DNA of 64,000 nucleotides from NCBI GenBank assembly GCA_024704765.1, contig JAKMXF010000033.1, positions 186,001-250,000 on the forward strand, given 5' to 3'. The position numbers and the translations under genes are program-made. The stretch's first letter is position 1. Every line of letters begins with the position of its first letter. The notes beneath the pieces are model-generated. The model saw only the letters and a program-made list of their open reading frames with translations. It did no database searches and was not told the origin of the DNA. This document shows positions 11,043-22,800 of this stretch, one piece after another. This DNA is from Oopsacas minuta. Taxonomy: Eukaryota; Animalia; Porifera.

Positions 11043-13180
11043 TCATGAAAACTGGAGCGACCTCAGCAGTTCACCTTCCGACAGTCCTGATCCCAATTGA
11101 GCTTAATTTAAGGAGTAGATACAGTGTTATCGCTTATAAGAACACCCTTCCTTAGGAGTATCAAAATATGTTCTTATAACCGGTATATATTACACAAGAG
11201 TATATGAGAACAGTTTTCCAAAGGATAGTTTATATATCCGAATAACCTCTTTTAAGCAATACCCACTGTATGTATATTGATGAGCTAATATAACTACGGT
11301 ACTAACAATCTTGATCCGAATCCGAATCATTTGGCCTATCTTGACTAGCACCGTCACCTCCTCCCAGAGAGAAGTTCAGATATCTTCTTGTTAGGTGTCT
11401 GATCCTCGTACTGTCTCTTTCCTTTACAATTCTGGATATCATGTCGCCAGCATTATCTGAACAATCTCCAGAATCAGTTTCTTCAGGAACCTTACCTGTA
11501 ATTAATTACGTATTCAAAAATTCACAATACAGTAGCTGTAGAAATCGGTTAGTACGTACTCATTTCATGGAAGACAGTAGGGAGTCCACAAAATGTGTTA
11601 TAAAATTGGTATAAGATAATTAATCGGAATTATTATATAAAGATACATTACCAGCGGCTATAAGAGATTCTGGTCTATCTTTAAGTCTCTCAGCCTTAAG
11701 TATTCCATCATAAGTAAGGAATGCTATTAAGTGTGAAGGTAGAGGTAATTGTGTTAGATGAGATCTGTGTTCAGCTTGTACTAACTCTAATATAGTTAAT
11801 CTGCATAGACGCTGTAGAGACGGGATGTTACAGCCTACAAGTATAAACCGTGAAAAGGATAATTGAAAGATAAGTACAGTAAACTCCAGCTACATCAAAG
11901 TAATTATCGCCGCCCCTTGAGGATCGATATAATGGGAGTTGACTGTATTAATATGAATGTATAATACCAAAGTCAATAGCTTGAGTATCCTTCATGCATT
12001 CTTCTGTTGGCAGTATAAGATGAGTAAAGCTCACACTGGATAGTACAGTCTCCTCTGACCATTCTGTTTCAGAGACTCTGGTTATTGATACCAGCTATAT
12101 ACGAGATTAGCTAAGAGCTTATATGATCAATTTACTGATTATTAAACTGAGTATGAATAATGACCTATCGCAACATTAGATACTGAAGGAGTCAGTTATC
12201 AGGTGTTGGGGGTAGCACACACCATTCAGTATCTATGGTTTAATTGGACCCCATTGATGGATCATTTCTCATACAACAGCCCTATCCTTATAGCACTTAC
12301 AGATCCGTTATAAGGCATAACTAGTATACCTCCAGGGTTTAATAAACATTTCATAACACCATCATATCCATTAGGCACATCAGCTCCGCAATATACTCTA
12401 TCATACGTACCGTGTTGTGGGTCTAGGAGGAGACCATTACCCAACTGAAATTCAGGAGGACAGAATTGTATTGGATCGTAATAGGGGGAGTTAATCATGA
12501 AATTATGTGTTCTCTCTCTAGCTAGTTTAACGTTAGACGTATAAATCTCAACTCCTCTGTTTATGCCTCTAGGACCTAGTAGCATTCCTACCATTGTAGA
12601 GAAATAGCCTGTTCCGCTACCTACACAATCATATAGTGTGACATAATAAATGAAACCTTACAAACGGGTAGTATTCTTCGCCATTTCTGACACCTCTTAG
12701 AGTTACCGCAAAAGGGCTTACACATATTGTACTGAGGGCTAATTAGGTGTAAACTGTACCTATATTAAGAAATGATAGCTTAGGTTGTATTTTGAGAGCT
12801 TCTAGAGCTTTAGTATAGATGCAAGGAGCGGATAAATGTAATGTTCCATTCTTCCATGGTTTATCCTCGTATGCTTCTAGTCTAGCTGCTTCTAATTCGG
12901 ATTCATCTCCCTCTATGACCATAAAGTCTAGTCTATCTACCATACGGAATATCTGCTCGATCTACAGGATAGATTATAGAAAGTTATTAGTATTACAGTA
13001 GACTCAGCTTAATAGAGCCACCAGCCATCTGGCAGATCAAATGGACAATTAATTGACCCCTATTAAGCTGAGTATACTGTAGATGATGATTATTACCTCT
13101 GGAGACACGATGTGCTTTGTTTTACATAGATTTGTAACAAAATCTTCATTATTATCAGCACTGCTAACAACAGATCCCAT
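11043..13180 (-). CDS. PCMTD1: Protein-L-isoaspartate O-methyltransferase domain-containing protein with SOCS box
   Basis: MGSVVSSADNNEDF..AYEDKPWKNGTLHLSAPCIY..LSFLNI|GSGTGYFSTMVGMLLGPRGINRGVE..YDRVYCGA, and a SOCS box PSLQRLCRLTI..LPLPSHLIAFL. The last exon (about 11100-11043) is uncertain; an alternative stop lies near 11302. Confidence 0.9.
11122..11268. mobile_element. MITE, TTATAAGAAC family
   Basis: TA|cagtg..gcttataagaac ... cccactg|TA; the internal atatgagaacagttttcc is shared with copies at 33913, 55825 and 57595. Confidence 0.75.
11877..11945. mobile_element. Short MITE, CAGTCAACTCC family
   Basis: TA|cagtaaactcc ... ggagttgactg|TA. Confidence 0.8.
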
Positions 13181-13340
13181 AATCTATTCTGTAGTTATAA
13201 GCTAATATATAAATACGTATATGGTGAAGGTAACTTCCTTAGTGTATCTCAATTGATATATTGTGAATCGTTGTTAACTTACTAACAGCACAATAATTAG
13301 ATTAAAGTTTGGATAAAATGAATAACTACAAATATGAAAT

Positions 13341-15456
13341 CTAAATAGATAATTTACTTCTTTTGCGATTTGGCTCAGAAGATATTTCAATTTGATTTGA
13401 GTCAAAATCTTGTGAAGAATTTCTCCTTTTTAAGTTTTGAGGCTGTATGTGATTTTGTTGATGAATATTTGCAGTAGACTTTCCCACATTTTGGTGTGGT
13501 TTGTGTCCCAATCGGGCCGAGAATGACTCTTTTTGAATGCATTCCAGGAGATCATCAATCTCGAGTGGATTACAAATACTCTCCCATACATTCTGAGCAG
13601 TGCTGTAGGTATTAGGCTGGGTTTTATCGGTTCTCTGACGAAGAATTTTAAAGCGATTCTCAACTTTTATATATGTGCATTCTATTATTTTATTATCAAA
13701 TTCTAGAGGATTAAAGCCGTCCTTTTTCATATCTCTTGGATCTAATTTTATGAAACTCATCTCATCCTTCCTTCCATCCTTCAGCACCATTAAGTTATAC
13801 GTTTTCTCTGCGAGCAGACCTTCTCTTGCTTCAACATTTTCGATTTTCAGACGGAAATCAATGCTGTTTAATGCTGGCGGTTTCCACTTCAGAAGAGTGT
13901 CACATCGACCAGGAATATAGCCCTCATTCTCTCTAGATAGGATCAGTCCATCGTTCCCATGTTGTAGTTTAGGGATATAATTTTTGTAGATATATCCGGT
14001 GTCAACTAGTGGGAAAAATTCTTTTAAGCGGATGCTAAATGGCTCTCTCCTCTTGTCAATGTCTTGTCGAATAGCTGCATCTTCCCTTGGTTTATAGATA
14101 TCACATTTTAATATCTTCATTCTCTCAGAATGAGGTAATTGTCCGAACTGAGGATCGCCTCCAAACGCAACTACGTCATAAATAAGTAAATAAGCTCTCT
14201 CTACATTATTCTGTTTTGTTTCTAACACCATTTCACAGTCAAGCAGTGTTTCCTTAACATGATTTGTGTCATTACCCTTCCGTGACGGGAAAGTTATTTC
14301 TGAGATAGGAAATACCTTAGCGTCCCTCCTGATTAGAAATACAGCTCCCCTGTCTTGTATATACATCATGTAGCGGGTACCGTCTGCTTTCCAAGACACC
14401 CAGTAGGGATGTTCCTTGAGATTGTCGAGACGGTTACGATCCAGTGTCACAGGCTGACTCCCGGGGAAATTAAGATTGTGTCCGTTACGCAGGCTACAGA
14501 GCTGGCAAACTTTTTTGAGGATGTCAAGAGGCTTAGGAAATGTGCAGTGATCAGTCAGAGCGTGAATGGACGGGACCTAATATTAAAAGATCGGTTTATT
14601 AAGAGTAAATGTGTGTATAATATATATACAAATACCTCTTCCATGAAATTCCCTGTGAAGGAATTATGATCATTAGGGATAGATTCATCATTTGCAAGAT
14701 CTGATTCACGCCATGCAGGACGTTCGGGAGCTATAAGAGGGCCCTCTTCTTCTCCAAAGCGAGTACAGAGCTCATTCAAATACTCCTGTTTATATATGCC
14801 AGGGGGTCGAGCCTCTGTGAACGCTTGAACTGCAGCAGAAAGCCCCCAGTCCTCTTCTTGTACCAGATAGCTAACTATAAGGAAACCTGTCCTATTGAAC
14901 CCGTGGGTACAATGTACACCTACTGCCTTAGGCTTTTCTCTGTTCAGATGGTTAGTACAGGTCTGAATGAACTTTCGAGTCTATAAGACAAGCAATAAAT
15001 ATGTTAAACTTGTAAACTCAACCTGTCTATAATTCTCAGTAGAATTTCAATTCGCATAATAAGGTCTAGAAAGGTAGACAAGGATCTCCTTGTGGAGTAA
15101 CCAATGGGACTATCACATAGTTAGTTAAGTAACGGTCAAATGTGTTAACTAACTTGTTCCTCTGTTGGTGGTTTCTTGTGCCCTTCACAGGGGATTTTCA
15201 TAAAATCTATACCAAAAGTAGTCAAATCCTTTGGAGAGTAAAACCTATCGGAATTAGTAAGGTTTATGACAAGCCCAAGAGGGTGTTTGAGGGTTGCTAG
15301 CATTGAGGGGGGGAACCTATCCTTCTCTTGGGTCAAATCACTGAAATCAGAACAGAGAGGGGTTTTGAATGGCAGGAATTTATCTGCGATTAGTTTTCCC
15401 TTGCGTGGACATTTTAACCAGCTCTCTGGCAGATTGATACTCTGTTTCTCATCCAT
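13341..15456 (-). CDS. RNGTT: mRNA-capping enzyme (RNA triphosphatase + guanylyltransferase)
   Basis: Exons 15456-15154, 14980-14636 and 14576-13341 join in frame. Motifs: WLKCPRKG..FLPFKTPL, catalytic HCTHGFNRTG, FPGSQPV, KADG, DGLI, LKWKP. Confidence 0.96.
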
Positions 15457-15526
15457 GTAAAAGGTTGAATAGTTTTAGAAGCTAAGTATCAGTGAACAAA
15501 TTTTCTATTTCTTCGGAATATATATA

Positions 15527-15922
15527 TTATATAGTGATGTTACTAAACTTGGTCCTTTTAATTAAAGGTGTAAGGTATCTTAAAGTGTCTCCCATTCCCC
15601 ATTTATAGAGACCCCGCTGATAGAGTCGCACAGAAAATCCGAAATTATCGGCTTTACTGTACTTGATAGATTGTAATACCTCATGACTCAACTGGTTTGA
15701 ATATGATACCAATTCTATTGTTGTGCCCATTCGGGTGTTGACTAAATTATATGCCTGTGACTTCTCCAGCAATACTAACGCTATTCCTCCTCTACGAAGG
15801 GGTTCTAAATAATTTCCCCAATCCTCTCCTAATGGAACTGTTTTAGACATTTCCTTGAGCAGATGTGAGCAACACAAGACATATTTGTTCCAGGTGACAT
15901 GCTGGTATAGCCAGCCAACCAT
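15527..15922 (-). CDS. Hypothetical 131-aa intronless protein, not recognised
   Basis: An ATG-initiated ORF fills the gap between DERL2 and RNGTT. I recognise no motif. Confidence 0.4.
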   Translation of the reverse strand: MVGWLYQHVTWNKYVLCCSHLLKEMSKTVPLGEDWGNYLEPLRRGGIALVLLEKSQAYNLVNTRMGTTIELVSYSNQLSHEVLQSIKYSKADNFGFSVRLYQRGLYKWGMGDTLRYLTPLIKRTKFSNITI

Positions 15923-16223
15923 TAATGTAATGTTTATTGCAAATATTACAGGTCTGAATTTTCAAACGGGGATAAGTGAGTACAGCGTTTGTATCTAACA
16001 GTAAAGTACGTTTCTAGCATTCTATCAAAATATTATTTATTATTACTTATCTTATTTGTAAACTTAGAATTATTGTCGATTGATTTAAATACACTTAACT
16101 TGAGATAGATTTCCTATTTGCTACACTACTAAGCCTGGAAGCTTACGTAAAGTCGTTTGAACTCTCGGATATACGTAGATAGAAAGTATGATTTAACAAT
16201 TATCCCCCACAAATTAGAATAGA

Positions 16224-17456
16224 ATGGATGTCCAGCAATTCTACTGGGATATTCCTCCGATAACACGTTTCTACTGTACAGCATGCTTCCTGACTACTCT
16301 AGCTGTCAGATTAGAACTCATAACTCCATTCCAGATATACTTCAATCCAGTCCTCATATTCAAAGGATTACAGGCAATATTTTGTGTGTTTGTTCACTAA
16401 TAGAATAACGTAATCGATAAACATATACAACCAGCCCCCGTTATATCCGTGTTAGATATAACTGGAGTTGTCCAGTTGACTGTATTGTGAATACCGCTAC
16501 CAAACTGGCTGTCCAAATGTGGCATTTGTGTACTTGTGGCATTTCTTTGCACTATTAATGTATCAGTTTGTTTGCATGTAATCAGTTTACAAATAGTGGC
16601 TTCTGTACACTTAACAAATCCCAGGAAATTCGAGAGAGTTCGCAAATATTTTAATATAAACAAATTCGTTTTTTAGGTTTGGAGACTGTTTACGAATTTT
16701 CTATTTTTCGACAATTTTGGGTTTCATTTTTTCTTTCGCATGCTTTTCACTTATCACTACTGTCGGTCTCTTGAAGAGGGTTCATTCAGAGGACACACAT
16801 CAGACCTCTTATTTCTTATTCTATACGGGGGTCTTCTTATGACTCTATTATCTATTCTCCTCTATTTTAATCTGACTATTCATTTCCTTGGAGACGCACT
16901 TACCATGATGATATTCTATGTTTGGTCTAGAAGGAACAGATTCGGACAGATGAGATTTTTAGGTCTGTTTATTCCTTTATCATAACAAATAATATTATTG
17001 TTTATTTTTAGGGTTATTTGTGGTGATGGCACCCTACTTTCCCTTTGTGTTATTGGCGTTTGGCTTTATTCTAAATGTGTCAATATCTCAAGATATATTT
17101 GGTATAATCACTGGACATCTATACTACTTTCTAGTTGATGTATTTCCTAAACATCCCAGAGGATTCAAGGTAAGACTTTCCAACGCTTTATTAAATGAGT
17201 TACGATTCGTATTGTGGGCCTGGAATTCTGGATCCTTCGTAACAAAAGTGTCCCGATTATAAGAACATGTACTGCTACTCCCAAGGGTGTTCTTATAATC
17301 GGTATACACTACTATATCCTTTATATCGTATTTCAGCTGTTGGAAACACCTAATATTTTAAAGAGACTATTCGATGAGGAAGAAACAGACCAATACATAC
17401 CAAATGGAGATGGAGATGAACAGGAGTTACAGAGGAGAGAAAATTTATTAGATTAG
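16224..17456 (+). CDS. DERL2: Derlin-2
   Basis: Exons 16224-16373, 16677-16962, 17011-17170 and about 17337-17456: [18 protein letters not shown]..|[49 protein letters not shown]. Confidence 0.93.
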
Positions 17457-17565
17457 AATCAAATTGTATTCACTCAGATGTTTAAGTCATTCTAGCATTC
17501 GTTTGTCATGTTTCTGTCGTATATAAGTTCTATTGTAATATCTATTAGCTAGTTCTTGGTTAAGA

Positions 17566-19092
17566 ATGCCCATAGAGAATTTGGAAGAAGAAGGATTAGC
17601 AAAGAATCCAAACTTAGAGTTATCTCAACTGAGATTTCTAGCTCGGAGCTCTCCTCTCCCTGATGTAAGACAGGAGTGTATAGATCAGCTGATGACTGCA
17701 ATAGTTAAGGACAATATGGCACCATTCTACTCAGAAATATGTGAAGAATTGGGAATACAGGTTTGAGAATTCCTGTAATCAGAACCTGTATGTGTGTTAA
17801 TTTAATTAGTCATTTGCATATGTAGATAGATCCTGATTTGTTGTCTAAACTAAGAGAAGCGAATAAGACCCGTCTGGATGAGCTGGAAGCTGAGCTAAAG
17901 GAGGCTGAGGTATCTAGTGGAGAGTCTGAGATTAGAGAGATTTATCTTAACAAAGCTGAGTATTTATGTCTGATAGGTGACAAGGATGCTGCTGTAACTG
18001 CTTTCAGGTTTGACAGTTTATTTTATTAGCGACATGACACCTAGCTGCCACTTTGATCACCTGTGTTTCATTTAGACAAACATTTGAAAAGACAGTTCCT
18101 ATCGGTCAGAAGCTAGACGTAGTATTCCATCTGATCCGTATGGGTCTATTCTATTTGGATTATGATTTAGCTAAGAGGAATATTGCTAAAGCTAAGACCC
18201 TAATCGAGGAAGGAGGAGATTGGGACAGAAGGAACAGACTTAAGGTTTGTAAATATTCAGGCCTGTTGTGTATATATTATCGCTTGACAGTTTTTTCATA
18301 TTCCAACGCATTCAAATCGTTGCTAGGGAGAATTATCACCAATTTATTTATTTATTTATACACATAAGGTATATGAAGCTGTGTATTGTATGTCTATACG
18401 TAATTTCCTGGGAGCAGCTAACAACTTCCTGGACACTGTAAGCACCTTCACCAGCTATGAACTGATGCCTTACCCTCGCTTCATCTGGTATACAGTGTTA
18501 TGTGCCCTCATAGCTCTCAAGAGAGTTGATATTAATAAGAAGGTTGTGAAGTGTCCAGAGATTCTAGAAGTTCTACATTCTAACTCTCAATTATCAAATT
18601 ATATGATGTCTCTATACAATTGTAACTACGCTCAATTCTTCAAGTTTGTTTATTTATTATTATTTGCAATTTCCAGTCAATATTTTCTTAACTTCCCTCG
18701 CTTATCAGATGATGTGGTTATATGTTGTTAATATAATTAGGGCACTAGCTCAGATGGAAGGTGATATCTCAAATGATTCATACTTAAGCCCTCACTATCG
18801 CTACTTAATAAGAGAAATGCGTATAATAGCATACACCCAACTGCTACACTCATACCAATCTCTGACTATTCCATATATGGCTCGAGCTTTCGGAGTGACA
18901 GAAGCGTTCATTGACGGAGAGCTGTCTACATTTATATCAGCTGGTCGTCTAGACTGTAAGATCGATAAAGTTGGAGGAATTGTTGAGACGAATTGGCCTG
19001 ATTCTAAGAACAAACAGTATGAAGAGGTTATAAAGAAGGGAGATGTGTTGCTTAATAGGCTACAGAAGCTACGCAGAGTTGTTAATCTATAG
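17566..19092 (+). CDS. PSMD6: 26S proteasome regulatory subunit Rpn7
   Basis: Exons 17566-17760, 17826-18007, 18076-18244, 18369-18643 and 18741-19092, phase-consistent. [57 protein letters not shown]. Confidence 0.96.
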
Positions 19093-19830
19093 ATGTATAT
19101 TAGGATGTTAGTTGTTTGATTGTAGTATTAATATAATACGGCAGAGATTATATACTAAATATCCCGACACCTCGTCGCTTGACACTTTAGCACGATACGA
19201 TTAACCTCAGGTTACTTATGAACTACCCTACCGAGTTCTCTACAGTGTGATAATTTATGTCACGACGTATCTGTCATTCAATAAAATGAATGCTTAAGTG
19301 GGAATGATGTATTCCTAATTGTTATTAGCTTAAGAAATTAATATTGAGCATATAACAACATATACGTATTATGATTTGCAATGAGAAGGTTCTATACGTA
19401 TTCTCATTGTGTATATTTAAAATATTCTTGTTATTTTATATGGCAACATAACTATTGTTGTGTACACGAGTGTTGGGAAGACGTATGATACAACATACTG
19501 CATTCTAACCGTACTACATCTAGTACTTAAACACGCTTACCTAAGAATTATATCTGTATATGTATATGATAATTTTATTCTCTTAATTTGTGTTCAAGGA
19601 TAGGTGTTAGAAACTTTGTGTAAACCTCTGGGATAGTTGGAAAATTATCCGAGCCGATTACAAATACACAAATCTATGCAATGTATATATTATGTAATCT
19701 TTCAAGCAATTCTATATACTTTGGGGGAAATCTTAATACTTCCCTGTAATCTTTTATACGTATAAGTTTGTATAAATGTGTACATTCAATTTAATAATAC
19801 ATTTAAGGTTAGCTTTCAATTAGCTGTCAT

Positions 19831-22800
19831 ATGAATTATACACCTAACTCCGAAATGCAATCTCTACTAAATAGTTCTGATTCTAGAACATTCCAATCTA
19901 AGTACCAACGAATAGAAGATGTAGATTCACAACCTCAAGCTAGACCCCCGTACTTCCTACCCAATTTAAGATTCTCTTCTCTCAGGAGGAGGAACTCTGA
20001 GCAGAAAAAGCCTCAATCTTTAGATTATTCTGTCTGTTATAATGCTCCTTACAGAGACTATGTAGAGAGAAATGCAACTAAAAGATATCTAGGTAAGCTT
20101 GTTGAAAGTGACAACTCCCTGGTTACTATTCGGGGTAATAGCTATTTATTTATATATTTCTCTCCTTAGGTGTGTCTCGTGATATTTGGCACAGTGTAGC
20201 TAGCTGGGTGATAGTAGGGATCATAGGAATTCTCACTGGTGTTGTAGCATTCCTCATTAATCTAATTATCAAATATCTAAACCAACTCCGCTACGGTTCT
20301 ATGCTCAGCGTATTCTACCAGTATTTTGAGATGGGATATCTCATACTAGCATTCTTAACTCTCCTCGCATTCAATTGTTTGTTTGTCCTAATTGCAGCGC
20401 TCCTGACGGGGTTCGAACCACTGGCTGCAGGCTCCGGTATCCCAGAGATTAAGTGTTATCTGAATGGTATCAAGGTTCCACATGTTGTTAGACTGAGAAC
20501 TCTAATAATAAAAGCAACTGGTGAGTTATATGGCAATCTTACTTGTAAATATTATCAATCAACTCCAGTTATATCAAACACAGATATAACCAAAAACCCG
20601 CTCATATCGAAGCCTGAAATCGTACGATTATGGTCCCAAACCATCAAAGTAACAAAATTGCCTTCGGTTGCATCGAAGTAATTATCACGGTCCCTTGAGC
20701 TACATACATTTGTAGGGGTTCTATTCAGTGTGGCAGGAGGACTTCTAGTTGGGAAGGAGGGTCCAATGATACACTCAGGCGCGATAATAGGTGCAGGTGT
20801 CCCTCAATTCAGGACCTTTGCTGTCCCTAGATCTTTGAGAGAGCGGAAGTTATTCAACTTTCCTTTGACAATGTTTAGAAACGATAAAGACAAGAGAGAC
20901 TTTGTTTCCTGTGGAGCAGCTGCTGGGGTTGCAGCTGCCTTTGGTTCTCCTATTGGTTAGTTACTTATAATAATAATAATACAGATTAATCCTTATTGTA
21001 TGATAATAAATGTATTAAAGAGGTTCCATTGTATTATTAATGTAATTAGGAGGAGTATTGTTCGCCTTAGAAGAAGGCTGTTCCTTCTGGAATCAGTCTC
21101 TAACTTGGAAAGCTCTATTCTGCTCGATGTGTGCATTCTTCGGACTCAACATGTTGTCAGGGTTAGCTATTAGCGATACACAGAAAGACGTTCTTAGTAC
21201 TAAGCATGTGATAACTCTAATCGGAGAGGGTTTGATAAGTTTCGGCACCTTCCCTCAGAATCAGAACCTGTGGACAGCTAAAGATCTCCTTATATTCAGT
21301 CTAATGGGTTTTGGTGGTGGTATTCTTGGTGCTACATTTAATGCACTCAATAAGAAACTCACAATATACAGATTCAAGTTCATGCATAGGTTTGTTATAC
21401 TTTCATTTGTAAACAGAATTTATTGTCAACTCCAGCTATATCGAAGCTCAAGGGACTGCGATAACTCCTTCGATATAAGTGGAGTTCTATAAAACCGATG
21501 AATGTATGTTACTTTGACGGTTGTGACCATATTAATCCGGTATCCATAGCTTCTTAGATAATTAGCCTTGGACAATAATTCATATGATGAATTACGAAAT
21601 AAACTCTTCTCTATCCTCCAGAATTATTTGCCAATATTATTCTAACTTACTCAGTTTATTGATTAATCTATTTTTAGCTTCGAATTATAATTAATTAATT
21701 ATCATTGCTCAATACTTGCGTGATTACAGAATGCTAGCGTATACGAATACGTAGCATTAGCTAGCTGAAATAATGTTTAATATATGACATCAATAATTCA
21801 AAATTGAAGGTGTTGATTAGAGCGAGTGGCGAAGCCATCTTTGGTTGTGTCAGTATTCCACGCAAATGTGACACACTGGTACCACTAGAGCACTAGGATA
21901 TGGGGCAACACCTAACGTAAATGGTAGCACAAATGCTTAGCCACTGATTATATCGATTTAGGACACTACTCCAGGGGGCATTCAAAAGTCTAAACCCTGT
22001 TAATTTTACCCCATAGTATTACTTATGTTCACGTTATGATATCAGAAAGATATCATTTTATCCCTTAACAACAAATAATTGGTAATCAATCATATACAGA
22101 GAAGCTCGCAAACCGGTGGTGTTTAGGTGACCGCGCCGCCCCGTCTGCTAACTTCTACTGTAGTACATTATAATTGCACTATACACATACGTACCATTTA
22201 TTAACCTACTCATTATATAATCACACTCCCCAGCAGAGAGAGGGTGCATATATGTAACTAATGAATTGAGCTAAAAAGAACAAAATACAGAACTGATATT
22301 GATAAGTTCAATCAAAGCCAATTCCAAAGGCTTATTTGTCCTAGTAAGAATTCAAATTTTCCTAAAGTAGAGCTCCCAGGGCGGAAGGGAACGGCAGGGG
22401 AATTTCCCCACGCACACTGTTATACAGTTATATGTTCCGCAATGTTCTGAGGCATGGCTTCAACTTGTGTGTTGTAGAATTTTTCTATTTCCTTCATTGG
22501 CTGCACGTCGTGCGTTCTGATAAAGTTTATAGCAACTCCTTTACGGCCGAAGCGGCCTGAACGTCCGATCCTATGGATGTACGAGTCGCGTTGAGGGGGT
22601 AGGTCAAAGTTTATAACAAGTGAGACCTGTTGTACGTCGATACCGCGGGCTAGCAGATCAGTTGTGATGAGGACACGACTTGACCCAGTTCGAAATTCCT
22701 TCATAATCCGCTCCCTAGTATTCTGATCCAATTCACCATGGATACATGAAACGACGAAATCACGCTCCGTCAATCTCTGAGAAAGAAATTCCGCCTTTTT

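Noticed and set aside
20521-20681. Recurrent peptide STPVISNTD in several ORFs (16397, 20172, 55204)
   Set aside because: It is a translation of intronic MITE sequence, not a protein repeat.
22412-22425. Iron-responsive element (CAGUGU) after the eIF4A stop
   Set aside because: The flanks do not base-pair and there is no bulged C.
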